A stretch of DNA of 64,000 bases from Amoebophrya sp. A120 (lineage: Eukaryota; Protista; Dinoflagellata): contig CAJINV010000004.1 in NCBI GenBank assembly GCA_905178155.1, forward strand, positions 4,876,619-4,940,618. The letters run 5' to 3'. A program made the translations under genes and the position numbers. The first letter of the stretch is position 1. Every line of letters starts with the position of its first letter. Below are positions 1 to 12,846 of the stretch, in pieces. A model generated the notes under the pieces. It did no database searches and was not told the DNA's origin. It saw nothing but the letters and a program-made list of their open reading frames with translations.

Positions 1-302
1 GGGCAGGTTTTTTCGCCCCTAACTTGGGGGCAATAAACCTTGCCCCAGGGCAGGTTTTTTCGCCCCTAACTTGCGGGCAATAAAAGCTGCCCCCGGGCAG
101 GTTTTTTCGCCCCTAACTTGGGGGCAATAAACCTTGCCCGAGGGCAGGTTTTTTCGCCCCTAACTTGGGGGCGAGATAAACCTTGCCCCAGGGCAGGTTT
201 TTTCGCCCCTAGCTTGGGGGCGAGATAAACCTTGCCACCGGGCAGCTTTTTTCGAACAAGGTTTATCGCCCCCAAGTTAGGGGCGAAAAAACCTGCCCTG
301 GG
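1..302. repeat. 47-49 bp tandem repeat (5 full units plus a partial) followed by one inverted unit; truncated by window start
   Basis: Unit GGGCAGGTTTTTTCGCCCCTAACTTGGGGGCAATAAACCTTGCCCCA starts at 1, 48, 95, 142, 191 and 240. A reverse-complement unit AAGGTTTATCGCCCCCAAGTTAGGGGCGAAAAAACCTGCCC lies at ~258-299. Confidence 0.9.
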
Positions 303-3300
303 GCTTTGCGACAGGGCCTCCTGTCAATGCAAACACAGCCCGGTAGTTCGTAGTTCTAGTTTCTGTAGTGGTTTTTGCCAAATAAAAATGTGGAGATTGG
401 CGTAGCGATCTATGCCCGCCCCTTGGCGTATGCTGTTTGTCGTGTAGTTTCATATTGCTTTGCTGTGCAGTCCGCTTATTGTTCTTCTTTCGCTCGGTGA
501 CTCCGCTTGCAGCAAAAAGTACATCGGCAGGAGGAGCGTCATTATGTGCAACTCGCGTTACCGTCCCCGTCGACGTCGTTGAAAAATCGGGACCACCTGG
601 AGACAGTTTTTTTAGTTACGCTATTTTCTGATGTTTTATCATTCGCCTCTTGTTTTTCATCACTCGGATTATTTTAATCAACGAATGATCAAACTAAGCA
701 TGAGCAGACATTATCTGGTCGTGCTCCCTGAAAGTAAAGTGATACACTTCAATAGATTTTGTTTACCGGTCCCGCCCCCGGTAGTAGCTGTAGCCGGAAA
801 TGTGCTGGTTTTGTCGTGTTTGCCCGAATCAGCAGGCGCAAGAGTAGTTTGACCCGATTGAATCGGGTTTCGTTGCTGGCGGGGGATGGCGTCCGAATCC
901 AGAATTGCGTCCGCGGAAACTCCAGGAAAGAGCGACCTCGAGTGTATGTGCGACTCTGAAAGAAAAGCTGGCATCATCGTCCCGCTAACGCCAGCCGCGG
1001 TGGATATGTCAGATGAGCAGTTTGTCGTGTTGTTACCAAAAATGCCGCGATGAGCCTCGACCTGGAGTCCGCCAGGTGCGACGTTGGCGGAGCTGTTATC
1101 ATAGAATTTGAACCATGAATACTTTTCATCGTCCTGACGCAACGCAACCTTTTTGCTTCGAGCGCGTACATGTAAATTCAATGGTATATCAAATACACTC
1201 GATGATATTAGGTATCCTAAAATTACTAAAGGAGTACCACCCGCCCCGCTAAGGAGTAGCAGTTGAATAAGTCAAGAGCCAAGAAGCAAACGAGAGACCT
1301 GCTGGACACTATTGCCTTGTTCTGATGCACCGGCACCACATCCGCTCCGCCGTGCTCGTCCATGGCTTTAGCGTAGGGGGATACGAATGTTGTGCTGATA
1401 TCCTACGGAAAATCGACCCTTCCCCTAGGGCATCATGGGCCGCTCGCGATAAACGCCCCTCCCGCTTGCGAAACGCTACAGAGCGGAAGCTTCTTGTAGC
1501 TCTCACACACTTGTTGCGATAAGCTACAAAAAAAAAACGGAAACTTGTAGCTCTATATAAAAGATGTACGTCTACGTAGCCCTAGTGCCTACAACTTGGC
1601 CTCGGGCTTTATTGGTGTCAGCAGGACTGCAAACTGGCCGAAACGCAAAATGCATTTATAAAAAACACAGTAAACCTTGCGCGACGGAAGGTTGCGAAGC
1701 CGCACGATTCTCTGATGGGGCTGCGCCTTGTGCGGTATGATAGTAAAAAAAATCCTCATACTCCTTTCCTAGCGCAGTACGCACCTGCGGCAGCAAATCC
1801 ATCGCGACTCGCCCGCATGTCGCCCGAGATTCGTAAAATTTCTTCTGGAGACGGATTTTGATGCGGTCTAGCTCCTGGTCTTGTATGCCGAATACGAAAA
1901 GATATACTAAGACCCATGATTAGGCTTGCGCTTTGTACGAAGTCAAAGGTCGTCGCAGCTACTATGATAATTGCGTTTTCGTAGAAGCGCATGCATCGTT
2001 ATTGTGAATCACAAGACCTCAACGCCACCATGAACGTGATGCACAAGGACAAGAGGAGCTACTTCTACCTAGCGCAAGTAATCGTCGTGTAGTCACATGT
2101 AAACGTTGTTGCCTTATATTTTTGGTTTAGTCCACTAGAACGATAAACAACAAGAACAACAAGCAATCAATACTTATATCGTTTTTCAATTCTATTTCGC
2201 TACAGATACAGCCCTGGACCTGGTATAGTTCATTCACATTTTCAGTATTCGGTTGCCGGCATATTATTGTACTTGTGATCATGTGGAAGGCCGCCAACTG
2301 CCACGTCTGCTGGCACCGGCGTCTCATTATCCTGCACGAGCAACATCATGGGAGCGGCCGCGCCGGCATTTCCACCCCCCGTGCCAGCACGATCTTCACT
2401 TCCAGCAGCGATGTGGGAGAACATCAGAGAAACAGGCTGCTGCACTGGGGTCGACATGGACCCTTCTGGCTGCGGCACGTGCTCTAGTTGTCCTGCTTCT
2501 CGGTTCGTGTTTCCGCCGGCATCTCCTACGCCCTCTGGATCTGGATCATCTCCGCGATCCAGCTCTTGCTCGGCTTCTGCGTCGATCATCAGGAGGTCGT
2601 AGTATTCTTTGCTCCTCTCGTTTCCGGTGCTTTCAGTTCCGCAGGTATCGCTCCTGCACACGTCGTCGAAATTCGTGAGCGTAATTGCAAGCAATATATT
2701 CCAGCGAAAAATAGCTTTGCTAGTAACGAGGAGGAGAACTTGCGAAGCTCAACTTGGACTTCGTTTCAGTTTCACGAGCGTCACTTAACGTTTATGTACC
2801 TGGTTGAGTGCAATCATGAAACAAGAACAACAATGGGACAGCGCGATACTAGTACAGACAGAGTGCGGACGCAGAAACGTACGTCGACTTAGTCTTAGTA
2901 GGACGCTGTTAAGGGTACTACCACCAAACCACATGTGCGTCTATGTGTATGTTGACTAAGACTACGACATTCTCGTCCTCGATGCCAGACCAGATGTTTT
3001 GGTTTTGCGCTGCCTTACGACCAGAGCTCCTGCGCAAAACAATCACCGATCTGTTGGTCGCCGCGCTTCACCTTCTCTTCACGCGCGCCACCCTCAACAG
3101 ACCCGGGGAAGTCCTTACGCTGCAGGTAAAATGCGGCCACGAAATCGGGATTCATCCACTGATTTTTATTTGATTTAATTTTATTTTTTCATGTATGAAA
3201 TGATACATTAGCATTTACATCTGAAGTCGAAGTCCAACAACAAAATCAAAATCGATGCCCGGCTTATCCTTAACCTTATCATCACGTCCTCGACCACCTC

Positions 3301-3476
3301 CGTACAACGAGAAACCAAAATCTATGGCATACGTCTAACATCAACATCAGCATCACGCTCACTGTCACTCTGCGTCGCCTGCACGATGTTCTTGACTATG
3401 TGATACTGCAAAATCAAAGTTGAACTGCGTGCGTATCCCATCGTCGATTTCGCTGCGAAAATTCAAAGCATCAAAA

Positions 3477-4746
3477 TTATACGCGCGGGGTGCAGTTCCC
3501 GAAGTTTTTGTACTGCTTGTGACGCGTCAGAATGCTGTTCTTCTTTCCCTTTTTCAACGCCTTCAGGGCGGCCTGGGCCTGCTGTTTTTGCAGCTCCTTC
3601 GGATGTGTCGGGCCGGCACCGTCGTCCCCAGCTGGCGCGAGTAGATCTTGCTCTTCGTCGGCTTCGTGTGAGCTGCACTGCGAAAGCTGGTCATCTTCAT
3701 CTAGATCTAGATCTAGGTCATCAAGTACATCCACGCCGTCTTTGCGTTTGTTCTTATTCTTCTGACCGTGTCCGGGTTTGCCAGGAAAAAACGGGTTTTG
3801 CTTCTGAAGGTCCACACAGAGATGGCTCAGCTCGAAGTCGATTACGCGGGCCTTGAGCTCCCCCTCTGGCGTTAAATCCATGCAGATGTTAACACCCCGA
3901 GCGTCGTTCTGCAGCTGGAGTTCAAAATTGGTTGTAGTTGTAGGAAGGGCACACATAAGAATGAGTCTCGTGAAGAAGGTTTCGCTAAGTTGTGACAAAC
4001 AAAAGAAGAAGGCTTCGCTACGTTGTGAACCATTATTCGCTCTGCATGGCGGTTGCAGCTTGACGAACAAACTTTAACAAAAGCACCATGACCATCCAGC
4101 ACGATGCAAGTGATGAAAAATCAATGTATAGTACGATATTGTGTCTCCAAATCTCCTTGAACGCCGCCCCAACCTTCGTCTGCACGTCTTCGACAAATCT
4201 CGGTCCACCCATTTTGGTTCTTGCGGAGATTATCTTCTGCAGCTTCTGTTGCGTTTGTAGACTCAAAGACCGTCCGGGGGAAGCCCCACGTTCGAGTCCC
4301 TGCCGTTTGCGCATCTCTTGTTGAATGTGCTCCAATGTTACTCCTGCATCGGCGATAGCAAACGTGCTCTCCATGGAGTATCTCACTGCTGCGTTACCGG
4401 GTTGCTTGTAGTACGTCGCCTCGAGTTTGCCGATACTCCTTGTTTCATCCGGGACGAGGCACGGAGCGGCATTCACCTGGTTGGCGTTGAGGTACCTGAG
4501 AACCTTGTACTCGTGTTTTAGCTTTTCGAGCACGTACGAATTGGAGACGGCCACCGCCATGTTCTTCTTGATGTTGATGCAACCCTTGATGAAGCAGGAA
4601 GTCGGTTCGAGCTTGGCCTTGGAGACCTGTCCATTCTCGTCCTGCGACGTCTTCTTCCTGTTGGAGTGCTGCAGCTCACGGTGAACTGCCGAGAGTACCA
4701 CTGGTCGTCCGTTGTTTGGAGGATCATCCATTGCTTGGTTGTGCAC
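3477..4746 (-). CDS. Divergent protein kinase-like protein (3' end uncertain)
   Basis: GT-AG phase-0 intron 4134..3915 joins WRHNI to LQNDARGVNI (catalytic-loop-like HxDxxxxN variant). This is followed by RVIDFELS (DFG-like), with upstream LKHEYKVLRYL (helix C-like). Confidence 0.5.
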
Positions 4747-5029
4747 CAGTATCTCCCACGTGGGTTTTCTTCCGCGTTGTGTGTGTGACTGTGAGCCAGT
4801 CTTTTCAATTGGCGCTGCGGTCGCGCTTTGCTGCCTGTTTCGTGTGATAATGATTCAAAGCATCGATGAATTAAGTTCAGTTCACGCGGAGAACTAAAGG
4901 CTGAGGAGTCATCTCATCATACCACAAGACAGATATTTTCTTGAATGTACCAACACAATATGAATATCAATTATCATAATGTAGATCTACAACGAATCAA
5001 TGACATCTACGAATCAATGACACGTACGT

Positions 5030-5377
5030 TTACCTGGCTTCATGGACTAGCTCGACGATGTCCTGACAGATCGGGCTGCAAAGCGGTATGCCCAGGCTGC
5101 TCTTAAATTGCAGTTCGCCACTTTTGCATTTTTTTCCAGTGTAACCGCAGACCGCACAGTAGATTGACGTCGACGCACCCGCTTCGAAGGGGATGGTCTT
5201 CTCGGCTAAACTGCGCTTCTCCGCATTCTTCCAGACGAGGTATGCCTCATTGATTGTGTTCATTCTGCTTCGCCAGTCGTATCCTGCTTCCTCGTAGTAT
5301 CTTGCATCCCTCTCCTTCTTGGATTCTTCGCCCTGAACGCCTTCGGCTCCTGCAGGTCCTTGATTCGCTGCTCCCAC
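5030..5377 (-). CDS. Hypothetical protein exon with Cys pairs (CAVC...CSPIC)
   Basis: ORF track; plausible composition; no family recognised. Confidence 0.3.
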   Translation of the reverse strand: MGAANQGPAGAEGVQGEESKKERDARYYEEAGYDWRSRMNTINEAYLVWKNAEKRSLAEKTIPFEAGASTSIYCAVCGYTGKKCKSGELQFKSSLGIPLCSPICQDIVELVHEAR

Positions 5378-5553
5378 AATGCTATTTTACATATCACTTA
5401 CAAATGCTTCAGCCGGATCTTCGATGCGGCATACTAAGTACAAACTTGGAGATACAAAACCCAATAAATAGAAGTGTTGCGTTGCTGCAAATTGAGTGTT
5501 CTCGCTTTTTTGTGCCACAAAAAAAAATCAAAATGAGAATCCCAGACGAAGCA

Positions 5554-6291
5554 TCAACAGACTTGCAAGCGATAAACTGTGTGGATGGGTCGCGAAGCTT
5601 CCTGCGCCTCATCTTGTCCATCTTGGCAGCGGGGTGCTTCGTCGATGAGCGTGCCGCTAGAGGAAGACGCGGCAGCTGCCTTGTCGCTAGTAGCTGTTCG
5701 GGAAACTATTGTTCCATCCGCGTTACCGATTTCGGCCCCCGTGGCAATCATGGAGGTGTCGTGTTCAGGTTTCGTCATCGTCAGGCAGTTTCCGGACCCG
5801 GTGCCGGTGCTGGTACACAGATGTTTGGAAGTTTCACTACGGTATTCCACCAACATTTCGGCGCGTTTTTCTAAGATTGCCGTTGCTACGTCACGGATGT
5901 CAGCGAGCTCCTGCGAAACCGCGGCGCAACTCGAGGGTTTAGTTGCCGATGTGAAGAGTGTGCTTGTCGAGGAAAATGAAGCGTAACCTGTGGCGCTGCC
6001 AAACTCATCATCTTCTTCATCCTTCATTGATTCCGTGATGGAACACTGGACCCGACGTCGGTAGTGCTCCACAACCTCCTCGAGGAGCACTCCGACGTCT
6101 TTTAAGGCGTGCTTTTTTTCCTGCTCCTCGCCGGCGCCAGGTTCTTTCACCGGTTGAAGGTGTTTCTTCTCGTCGTCGCCAGGTTTTTTTACCGCTCTTT
6201 TTTTCTCATGCTGCTTCTTCTTACTCGTGCTTGCGTTGCACGAGCTGGAAGTGTTTTTGATGAAGAAAGAAGATGAAGACCACGATGACAA
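5554..6291 (-). CDS. Hypothetical low-complexity protein exon
   Basis: 245-aa ORF, S/T/K/E-rich, same strand as neighbours. Confidence 0.35.
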   Translation of the reverse strand: MSSWSSSSFFIKNTSSSCNASTSKKKQHEKKRAVKKPGDDEKKHLQPVKEPGAGEEQEKKHALKDVGVLLEEVVEHYRRRVQCSITESMKDEEDDEFGSATGYASFSSTSTLFTSATKPSSCAAVSQELADIRDVATAILEKRAEMLVEYRSETSKHLCTSTGTGSGNCLTMTKPEHDTSMIATGAEIGNADGTIVSRTATSDKAAAASSSSGTLIDEAPRCQDGQDEAQEASRPIHTVYRLQVC

Positions 6292-8944
6292 GAAAGAGTC
6301 TGGCGCGGTTCCTCCTTTGCCCCCGGCCCGCCAGGGAAGTTATCGCGGTAAACTCCACCGACCCGTCATCTTCATTCATGCGAGCTCCAGCCACGCCATT
6401 CCCCGCCTTTCCACGAACGCTCGCAGTGCAATAGTAGAACTTGAAGCTTGCAGTTCGACCCGAGGTAGTAAATTCGAATGGCCCAGAGTACTAGTACTAG
6501 TAGCCTATGCCTCTTTTTCTTCTGTTGTTACACATACCACTACCGTCTGGGGTGGCCAGTCGAAGTGTTACTATCTCTATGATATTTTGAAAATAACTCG
6601 TGACAACAAGTATTCCTAGTAATTTGATCTTGGTCCCGCCTCTGCCTATAGGTACGCAACGGCGGTACTACAGATACACTACACACTCGAGTCTACATGC
6701 ATGACAGATGGATTAGCACAAAGCCGTTCGTAGGTTTCTGTTTCGAGGGCGAGGTTCATGTTGAATAAGTAGTGAAAAAGGGCACAACTCAGAGAAGTGC
6801 GCGTTCTGATGAGGTGGGAGCGTGCCTGCTCAGTAGAAGTGACGGTCGGGGAGATTGACTTCGATACCTGTGTGGAGGAGATGCCCAGTTGGATGAGACT
6901 CAGCGGAATGCTGACATCTTTATCACTTCCGCGAACCTTGATGCGAATGATGTCGGCTTTCGGCAGGTTGGAAATACTCCAAAATTTGCGCACGTCGAAA
7001 TCCAGCTCGTTCTTTGCTGTCATTGTTGCGCGGCGAAGATGCTTGGAACACCGAAACTACGAAGCATTCAGATTCAATATAGCAAGATCAATAAAAAAGC
7101 ACTCAACTACTTTTTCAGCTGGAACTAGACCATGTGTCCCTGGAATCAATTGTTTTTGTTCCACTTGGATGACATCCATGTGGAGATGAAGTGACCGCAG
7201 GTCAATCGCTGAAAGATCAAATAATGACGAGTCACGACAGGAAGCCCTCGAGTCTTTGCTATACTTAGCCGATGAGGACACCCACGAAAATATATTTTCA
7301 CGAAATGATGTTTCAGATTCAGACGACGATGAAACGAGGTTCACGACGAGTACGCAAGCGATCCGATTCCGATCCCGAAAAGTCCACGTATCATCTCTGA
7401 TGCTCATTCCACTCTCGTTATATTTCGACTGTTCTATGTGCTACGAAGAAACAAGCGCTCGCTGCACAGATAGAGGTACAGTGAAAGAAATTGAGTCTGC
7501 AGACGCCGCCAAGGGAGCAGGCGACGCGAACGGCTCGACTACGCCGCCGGCGACGAGTGAAGGAACACAGCGTCGTGAGTGGCGCGATAAACACATGTTG
7601 CAACATCTTCACACGTGTCAATTGCCTGGCTCTGGCGCCGGTTAGAGGTAGTCTTGCTGCTGGCGAAAGAAATAGCAATAGAGGTATCATCTTATTTTGA
7701 TACTTGGTAGCACTAGCACGGTAGACCCACACCGTATCGTACATATACATTTATCGTCGATCACCTGCAGTCGCTCGTGCTGGCGCTCTCTAAAGATGCA
7801 TTCATTTTATTACGGAAGCGACAGCTGCGCCTTCGAGTTGTATCCTACATCAACATCTTGTTACCGTTAAGCTTTGCTATGTGACCACCACACCTCCAAG
7901 GAGATGCGGTGCCAGGGTCTTGTGGTGTATAGAGCAACTGAGCGCCCTGTATAGCCTAATTCATTCGCCTGCAAAATAGCATTACTTCTTCATTCCCATC
8001 CTCTGAAGAGTGTATCGTATTTTTATCAGTACGTAATGCTAGTCGACGAGTAGTTCGTACGGTGGCTCGGTAGAAAGTAGCCAAATCCATCGCGCATTGC
8101 ATTCTTCTGTAAAAGTCAAATATCTTCAGCTTATGGTACAAGAATCGAAATAAGGTCTTCTGTCAAAAGTAGTTCATGAAGATGAGACATTGTTAATGTT
8201 ATCTGCTAGATTAGAAGTGAAAAAAACGATACGACATATATTTTTTGTACATTCTCATTTTTATTCATCCGAAGGTAATAAAAATATCGGTAAAGCCTTA
8301 ACGTTAAATAAAAGCATCTAAATCAAGTGAAACAAAAACATTTTTATTCGTGCAAAGTTATTTAGGTGTGGGTGTCAGTCTTCGACTTTAAGCTGTTCAT
8401 TGTCCGCACTTCAACACGGAAAGCACGTGCTGCGAAGAGAAAACAAACCACAGTCACAGTCTGACTAATCGCAAGCTGCATGTTAAAAAACCTGTTGTGA
8501 CTAGAGGAAACAAGTATTCGTAGAAGTAGAACAGTTAAGCATCGCTCCTGCTGTTCACCTTTTTGACGTGACCACGGAGTTCTCAAAACCGCCAGTCTGC
8601 TCGAGCTTTCCGCCAGCATATCATATTCAAAAGCACGTAGCTTTATGCCATATTACCTCCCGCAGGCTCAGCAAATTAACTATAATTTCTAATAACTAAA
8701 AGTCTGGCCCTTTTGCAGATGCGGACGAGTTTGAATGTCGAAAGCGTTGCTTTTGCGAAGTACTCCGCACCCGTGTCGCTCGAGCATGATGATGCGATGT
8801 GTTTATCTTCATTTTCATATCAACTACACGACCAGGGAGAAGGAGAACTTAAGCGCACGCATGTTAACAACTCTCCAGACTCACTGAAAGAAAATTCGCA
8901 TTTCACTCCTTGCTCTTTCGGGCTACGTGTTAGCACATCAGCTT

Positions 8945-10810
8945 TCAACAAACGAAAACGCTCATGCTCATCCGGGGACATAATTTGCTGTAGCCAGAGA
9001 AATATGACGAAAAGACGTGCTTAGTATTAGTTTTGATATCCTGCTGCGAGCCACGGCGCTCCATGTCTTCCCCGGTGTACTTGCCGTCGACGTTGTCGTG
9101 GTTGCTTCCGAGTGCTATTGTAGGGGCTGCTCCTACCCGTGTCGCTCGCGGAGTTGATGCGCGAACGCGAACGCGTGGTGTAGTGCCGCCGCCGCACTGT
9201 TCTAGGCCTGCTGCCGCTGGCGTACTCGGCCTCCGCACAATGGCCGACGCGGATCTGGTCATAGTTCGCCTAGTGGACTGGATATGACGCACGATATCCT
9301 CCGAACTACGCTGCTTCCGCAGCGGACCCTTGGACGACTTGCGGCTGCTTGGTGAACAAAAGGCCACATCAGAACTACGAGTTGCACGACACAACTCATT
9401 TTGCCCTGGTGCACTGCTCCGTGAGGACGGAGAAGGAGACTGCTGGGGGTTCCCTCGGACTGCTTTTCCCCCTCCTGCCTGCCGCGACGTGGAGGTGCTT
9501 CTATTGTGTTTCCCCTGCGACGAAGATGTTGAAGCAGTTGCGCCCGAGAAACCCCCCGTCGCGCCGAGCGATGCCGCAGTACTGCGCCCGGCAGATGATG
9601 CTCGAGAGGACGAAGCGGAAATCGAAATACTGGAGGTTTTTGAACCCGAGGTTGACGCTTCGTTGGAGTGAAAGCCCGTCCATTGTCCTCCTCCTGCACC
9701 AAGCATGCCACTGCAGCTCGTGTGCGACGTACTGCGCAGGAACATGTTCTGATGATCCGGGAGACCTTTGGAGTTGTTTGCACTTCTAGACAGTTGCTCG
9801 TGTGCGGTCGCTACTGCACCGAAGAGGCTGTTGCTGTAGTTGCTAACGTCGTGCTGAGAATCTTGTAGATGGATGTGCAGCTGGTGACCCGCCACCGGAG
9901 CTTTTGCTTCGTTCTTATTCGAACCATTGAACAGAAGTTGTTCGCCAGCAGCAAAAGAAGTTGACGTGGGAGGACCGTGCAACGAAAGAGCCTGCGGAAC
10001 GCTACCACCATTGTCGTTACATCGCGGTGTCGCGGTCTCGGGCCCAAGTAGGAAGACTGGCATTGAAGGCGGATTTGGTTGAGACTGCGGCTGTTCCTCC
10101 TCCTTCATCTCCTTTACCTTCTCGTGGCTGCTGCTGTTGGTACTTGACGTCGAGAAGAGTCCCAACTGCTGTGTTGACATTGACGCACTGGTCCTTGTCG
10201 GAGGTGTGAACACAGGACCCGTTCTCGACGATGAGGTCGAACCGTTCGTCAAGGAAAAGGATGAATCCACTACCGCATTTGTTGTTCCAAATAATGTTGT
10301 TGAGTTCGTGGTCTGACCGAACAGATTGGACTTCTCGTCTTTTTGCGTCCTCTCCCACCACGGGAGATCAGTTTGCGCATATTCAACGCTCCAGCTGGCC
10401 GAGGTAGAAGTGGATGAAAAGGCGAATCCCGAATGTTCCGACGTCGTTTCCGCTGCAACAACTCCGAATATTTCCTGCTGCTTCAATTGATCTCTTTTCT
10501 CTTGCCTCCTCTGTTTCAACCACTCCTTCACCTTAGGTTTAGTGATCCAATCGAGGCTGATCTCGGGTTCTTCCTCAGGGGCTGCTAGATGCAGGGCCCC
10601 TACTCCGCCCATCAGGCCACTAGCGCCGGATGTGGCCGCGCGGGCTCCTTCCCCCGCCCCTGCCACTTGACTCTCGCGACCGGAACCAGAAGCACCATCA
10701 TCTGCCGCAGCAGGGAACAATCGTTCCACGGGCTCGCCAACCTGTCCTTGTGCGTTCGCGGGCGGAGCGGCCTGGTTTTTGCATAATGGAGAAATAAATA
10801 GCTGCCGCAA
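8945..10810 (-). CDS. Hypothetical Ser/Thr/Gly-rich, probably disordered protein
   Basis: 621-aa uninterrupted ORF; no motif recognised. Confidence 0.5.
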   Translation of the reverse strand: MRQLFISPLCKNQAAPPANAQGQVGEPVERLFPAAADDGASGSGRESQVAGAGEGARAATSGASGLMGGVGALHLAAPEEEPEISLDWITKPKVKEWLKQRRQEKRDQLKQQEIFGVVAAETTSEHSGFAFSSTSTSASWSVEYAQTDLPWWERTQKDEKSNLFGQTTNSTTLFGTTNAVVDSSFSLTNGSTSSSRTGPVFTPPTRTSASMSTQQLGLFSTSSTNSSSHEKVKEMKEEEQPQSQPNPPSMPVFLLGPETATPRCNDNGGSVPQALSLHGPPTSTSFAAGEQLLFNGSNKNEAKAPVAGHQLHIHLQDSQHDVSNYSNSLFGAVATAHEQLSRSANNSKGLPDHQNMFLRSTSHTSCSGMLGAGGGQWTGFHSNEASTSGSKTSSISISASSSRASSAGRSTAASLGATGGFSGATASTSSSQGKHNRSTSTSRQAGGGKAVRGNPQQSPSPSSRSSAPGQNELCRATRSSDVAFCSPSSRKSSKGPLRKQRSSEDIVRHIQSTRRTMTRSASAIVRRPSTPAAAGLEQCGGGTTPRVRVRASTPRATRVGAAPTIALGSNHDNVDGKYTGEDMERRGSQQDIKTNTKHVFSSYFSGYSKLCPRMSMSVFVC

Positions 10811-11083
10811 GAATTATTTTTATAATAACTCAAACTCTGCACACGATTGTTCATCTGAAACTGAAATCATACTGATATTCACGATATCGATATCGACAAA
10901 AGCACAAAGACAAAGAATTTTACTCCAATTTGAAGATAGAGAAAACATCACACATCAGAGGTAGTCATTCGTAAAGTAGAAACGGGGACGATCCGTCGTG
11001 GTCCTCTTCAGTCTTCACCAGCGACATCGTGTGGTTAGACTCCTGAGTTACTCACTAGTAGCAGAAAGGTTCACGTTCACCTA

Positions 11084-12846
11084 TCATCCTGTCTTGTGTG
11101 TATGAAGTACCTGTCCCATAGACGTGTTGTGAAACTGCACCTCGTCTCTTACCGCTGCAAGCGGCCGCGTCGGGAGCTCCAGATCCGCTGCAACTGCTGT
11201 TTGTTGTCTTTGTCCACAAAAGGGTCGCGGTTGACGTTCGTATTTTTCTTCCTCTAGCCCCCCTTCCTGAAGATCCTGGTCCTCGTCCACTTCCGTGATC
11301 AACTTAAGGAGGAAGTTGCGTCCCTTTTTGTTGACTCCCTTCCGCGGCAGCAGAAAATTGTAGATTTTCTGCAGCTTTGCTCGCAATTTAAGATTAGAAT
11401 TAGCAAGCTGCGTTCTAGCCTCCTTTTCGCTTCGCTGGTATGACATCAAAAAGTGCATGTACAAGCAGCGATCTTCTACGAATCTTCATGACGAGTTGCA
11501 TACTTACTCCATTCGACTCTTCTCGTTCTTCTGTCGGGCCATATCATACGCATACCAAATAAAGTAGATTAAGATTTTCACTGTGCACTTTGCGTTTCCT
11601 TTTGTGGATTATATACCAAAATCAATATTTTCTATTCTGTTAGCGTTCTCACAAAAAAAAAGCATCCTCATCCAATTTGTCATGCAGTGCATGCATCAAA
11701 CCCAATGTTTGCCATGCAAAAAATTGGTAGGGATGGGCGTTGTTTCCAGAAGATACGTTTTTCCGATGCACTTTTTGTTTCTCGTGTGATATCAAAAATC
11801 GCAAGTTTTCGTGGTACCGTTGATCTAGGAGTTGCGCTTCCTGTTGTGTGGTTGTTTCTTTGTTTATGTTTGTCACGGGTCTAGCAAGAACAAGAAGACC
11901 TCGATCCCCCAATATAGTAACGATACCGTCCTGGTGGCGTTGTCATGCTAATTTTAGAAATGACATCGTGAACAAGAAGGGCAGCGTTGGGGGTGGCGCT
12001 TTCCGAACCACCAGGTTGAAGCGTTAGTTTGTCTATGTCTTAGTCTTTCATTTGGAATCGCACAATTAAAGAAAAGCAATATAACAAACTAGATGAACCA
12101 ATATAATAAATGATGTATGCACTTACGACGAGTAGTTGCTCCGAGGTCATCTTCTGCCGCCGTCGCCGAGTTAGCGCGACCAGAGTTTCATGCGCTGTCT
12201 GTGCTCTCGTACCGCGCCTAATTTGGTGCCCCTGGTAATTCTGATCTGGTGCGTTGATGTTTCCGCGGCCGCTGCGCCGATTTGCGTTAGTAGTGTTTGT
12301 GCTGCGCCGTTGTAATCTTGGCGGGAGACCTGAAGTAGGAGCACTCACGACAGTGGAAGCCGCCTCTCGCTCCATCTGCTGCGGTGCCGGCTCCCGACCA
12401 GTCGATGACGATGGCTGCGGTTGGCGGTAGCCCACCCCCACACCTGGGCCGCGGCTGTCGTTATTTTCACTTGTGGTCGTGCAGAAGGCCCTGGCCCTGC
12501 TGCTACTGCTGATCAGCGGATTCAAATTCTGGTTAGTACTCGGCGCGGCTCTTTCTCCTGACGACACTGCATGACCTGCAGCGAAAATGTTGTCCTGTGT
12601 CGTGCTAGTTGTCACTACAACAGTTTCAGTCCGCGGCACGACCGCACGTTCACGTTCTCTGGACGGCGAAGGCGAGGTTTTTTCAGAACGCGGTTTGCGA
12701 GCGAGTGAAGCAGCACGACGCTCACGCTCCGTCCTACCGTCGACAAACTCCACATCCAAGCTGTCCGAAAATAACCGTGTGGGCGTGCGCGTTGTCTGCT
12801 TCTGGACATTTTTTCCCTCTCTGATCCTGCCGGGGGAAACCGACAT
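11084..12846 (-). CDS. Hypothetical multi-exon protein
   Basis: ORF segments 12846-12040, 11912-11792 and 11464-11084. A degenerate TA-TIR element lies between the last two. Confidence 0.4.
11542..11791. mobile_element. Degenerate TA-TIR intron element (250 bp)
   Basis: Left end TATCATACGCATACCAAATAAAGT vs reverse complement of right end TATCACACGAGAAACAAAAAGT. Internal TTGTCATGC. Flanking 5-mers decayed (GGCCA/TCAAA). Confidence 0.5.

Noticed and set aside
1-302. CRISPR array, or the 69-aa ORF 66-275
   Set aside because: Units are contiguous with no unique spacers, there are no cas genes and the context is eukaryotic. The ORF is just the translated repeat.
9033-10209. Plus-strand ORFs antisense to long minus-strand ORFs (also 14987-16123, 31380-33036, 54086-55603)
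   Set aside because: Shadow ORFs of coding sequence with no independent motifs.
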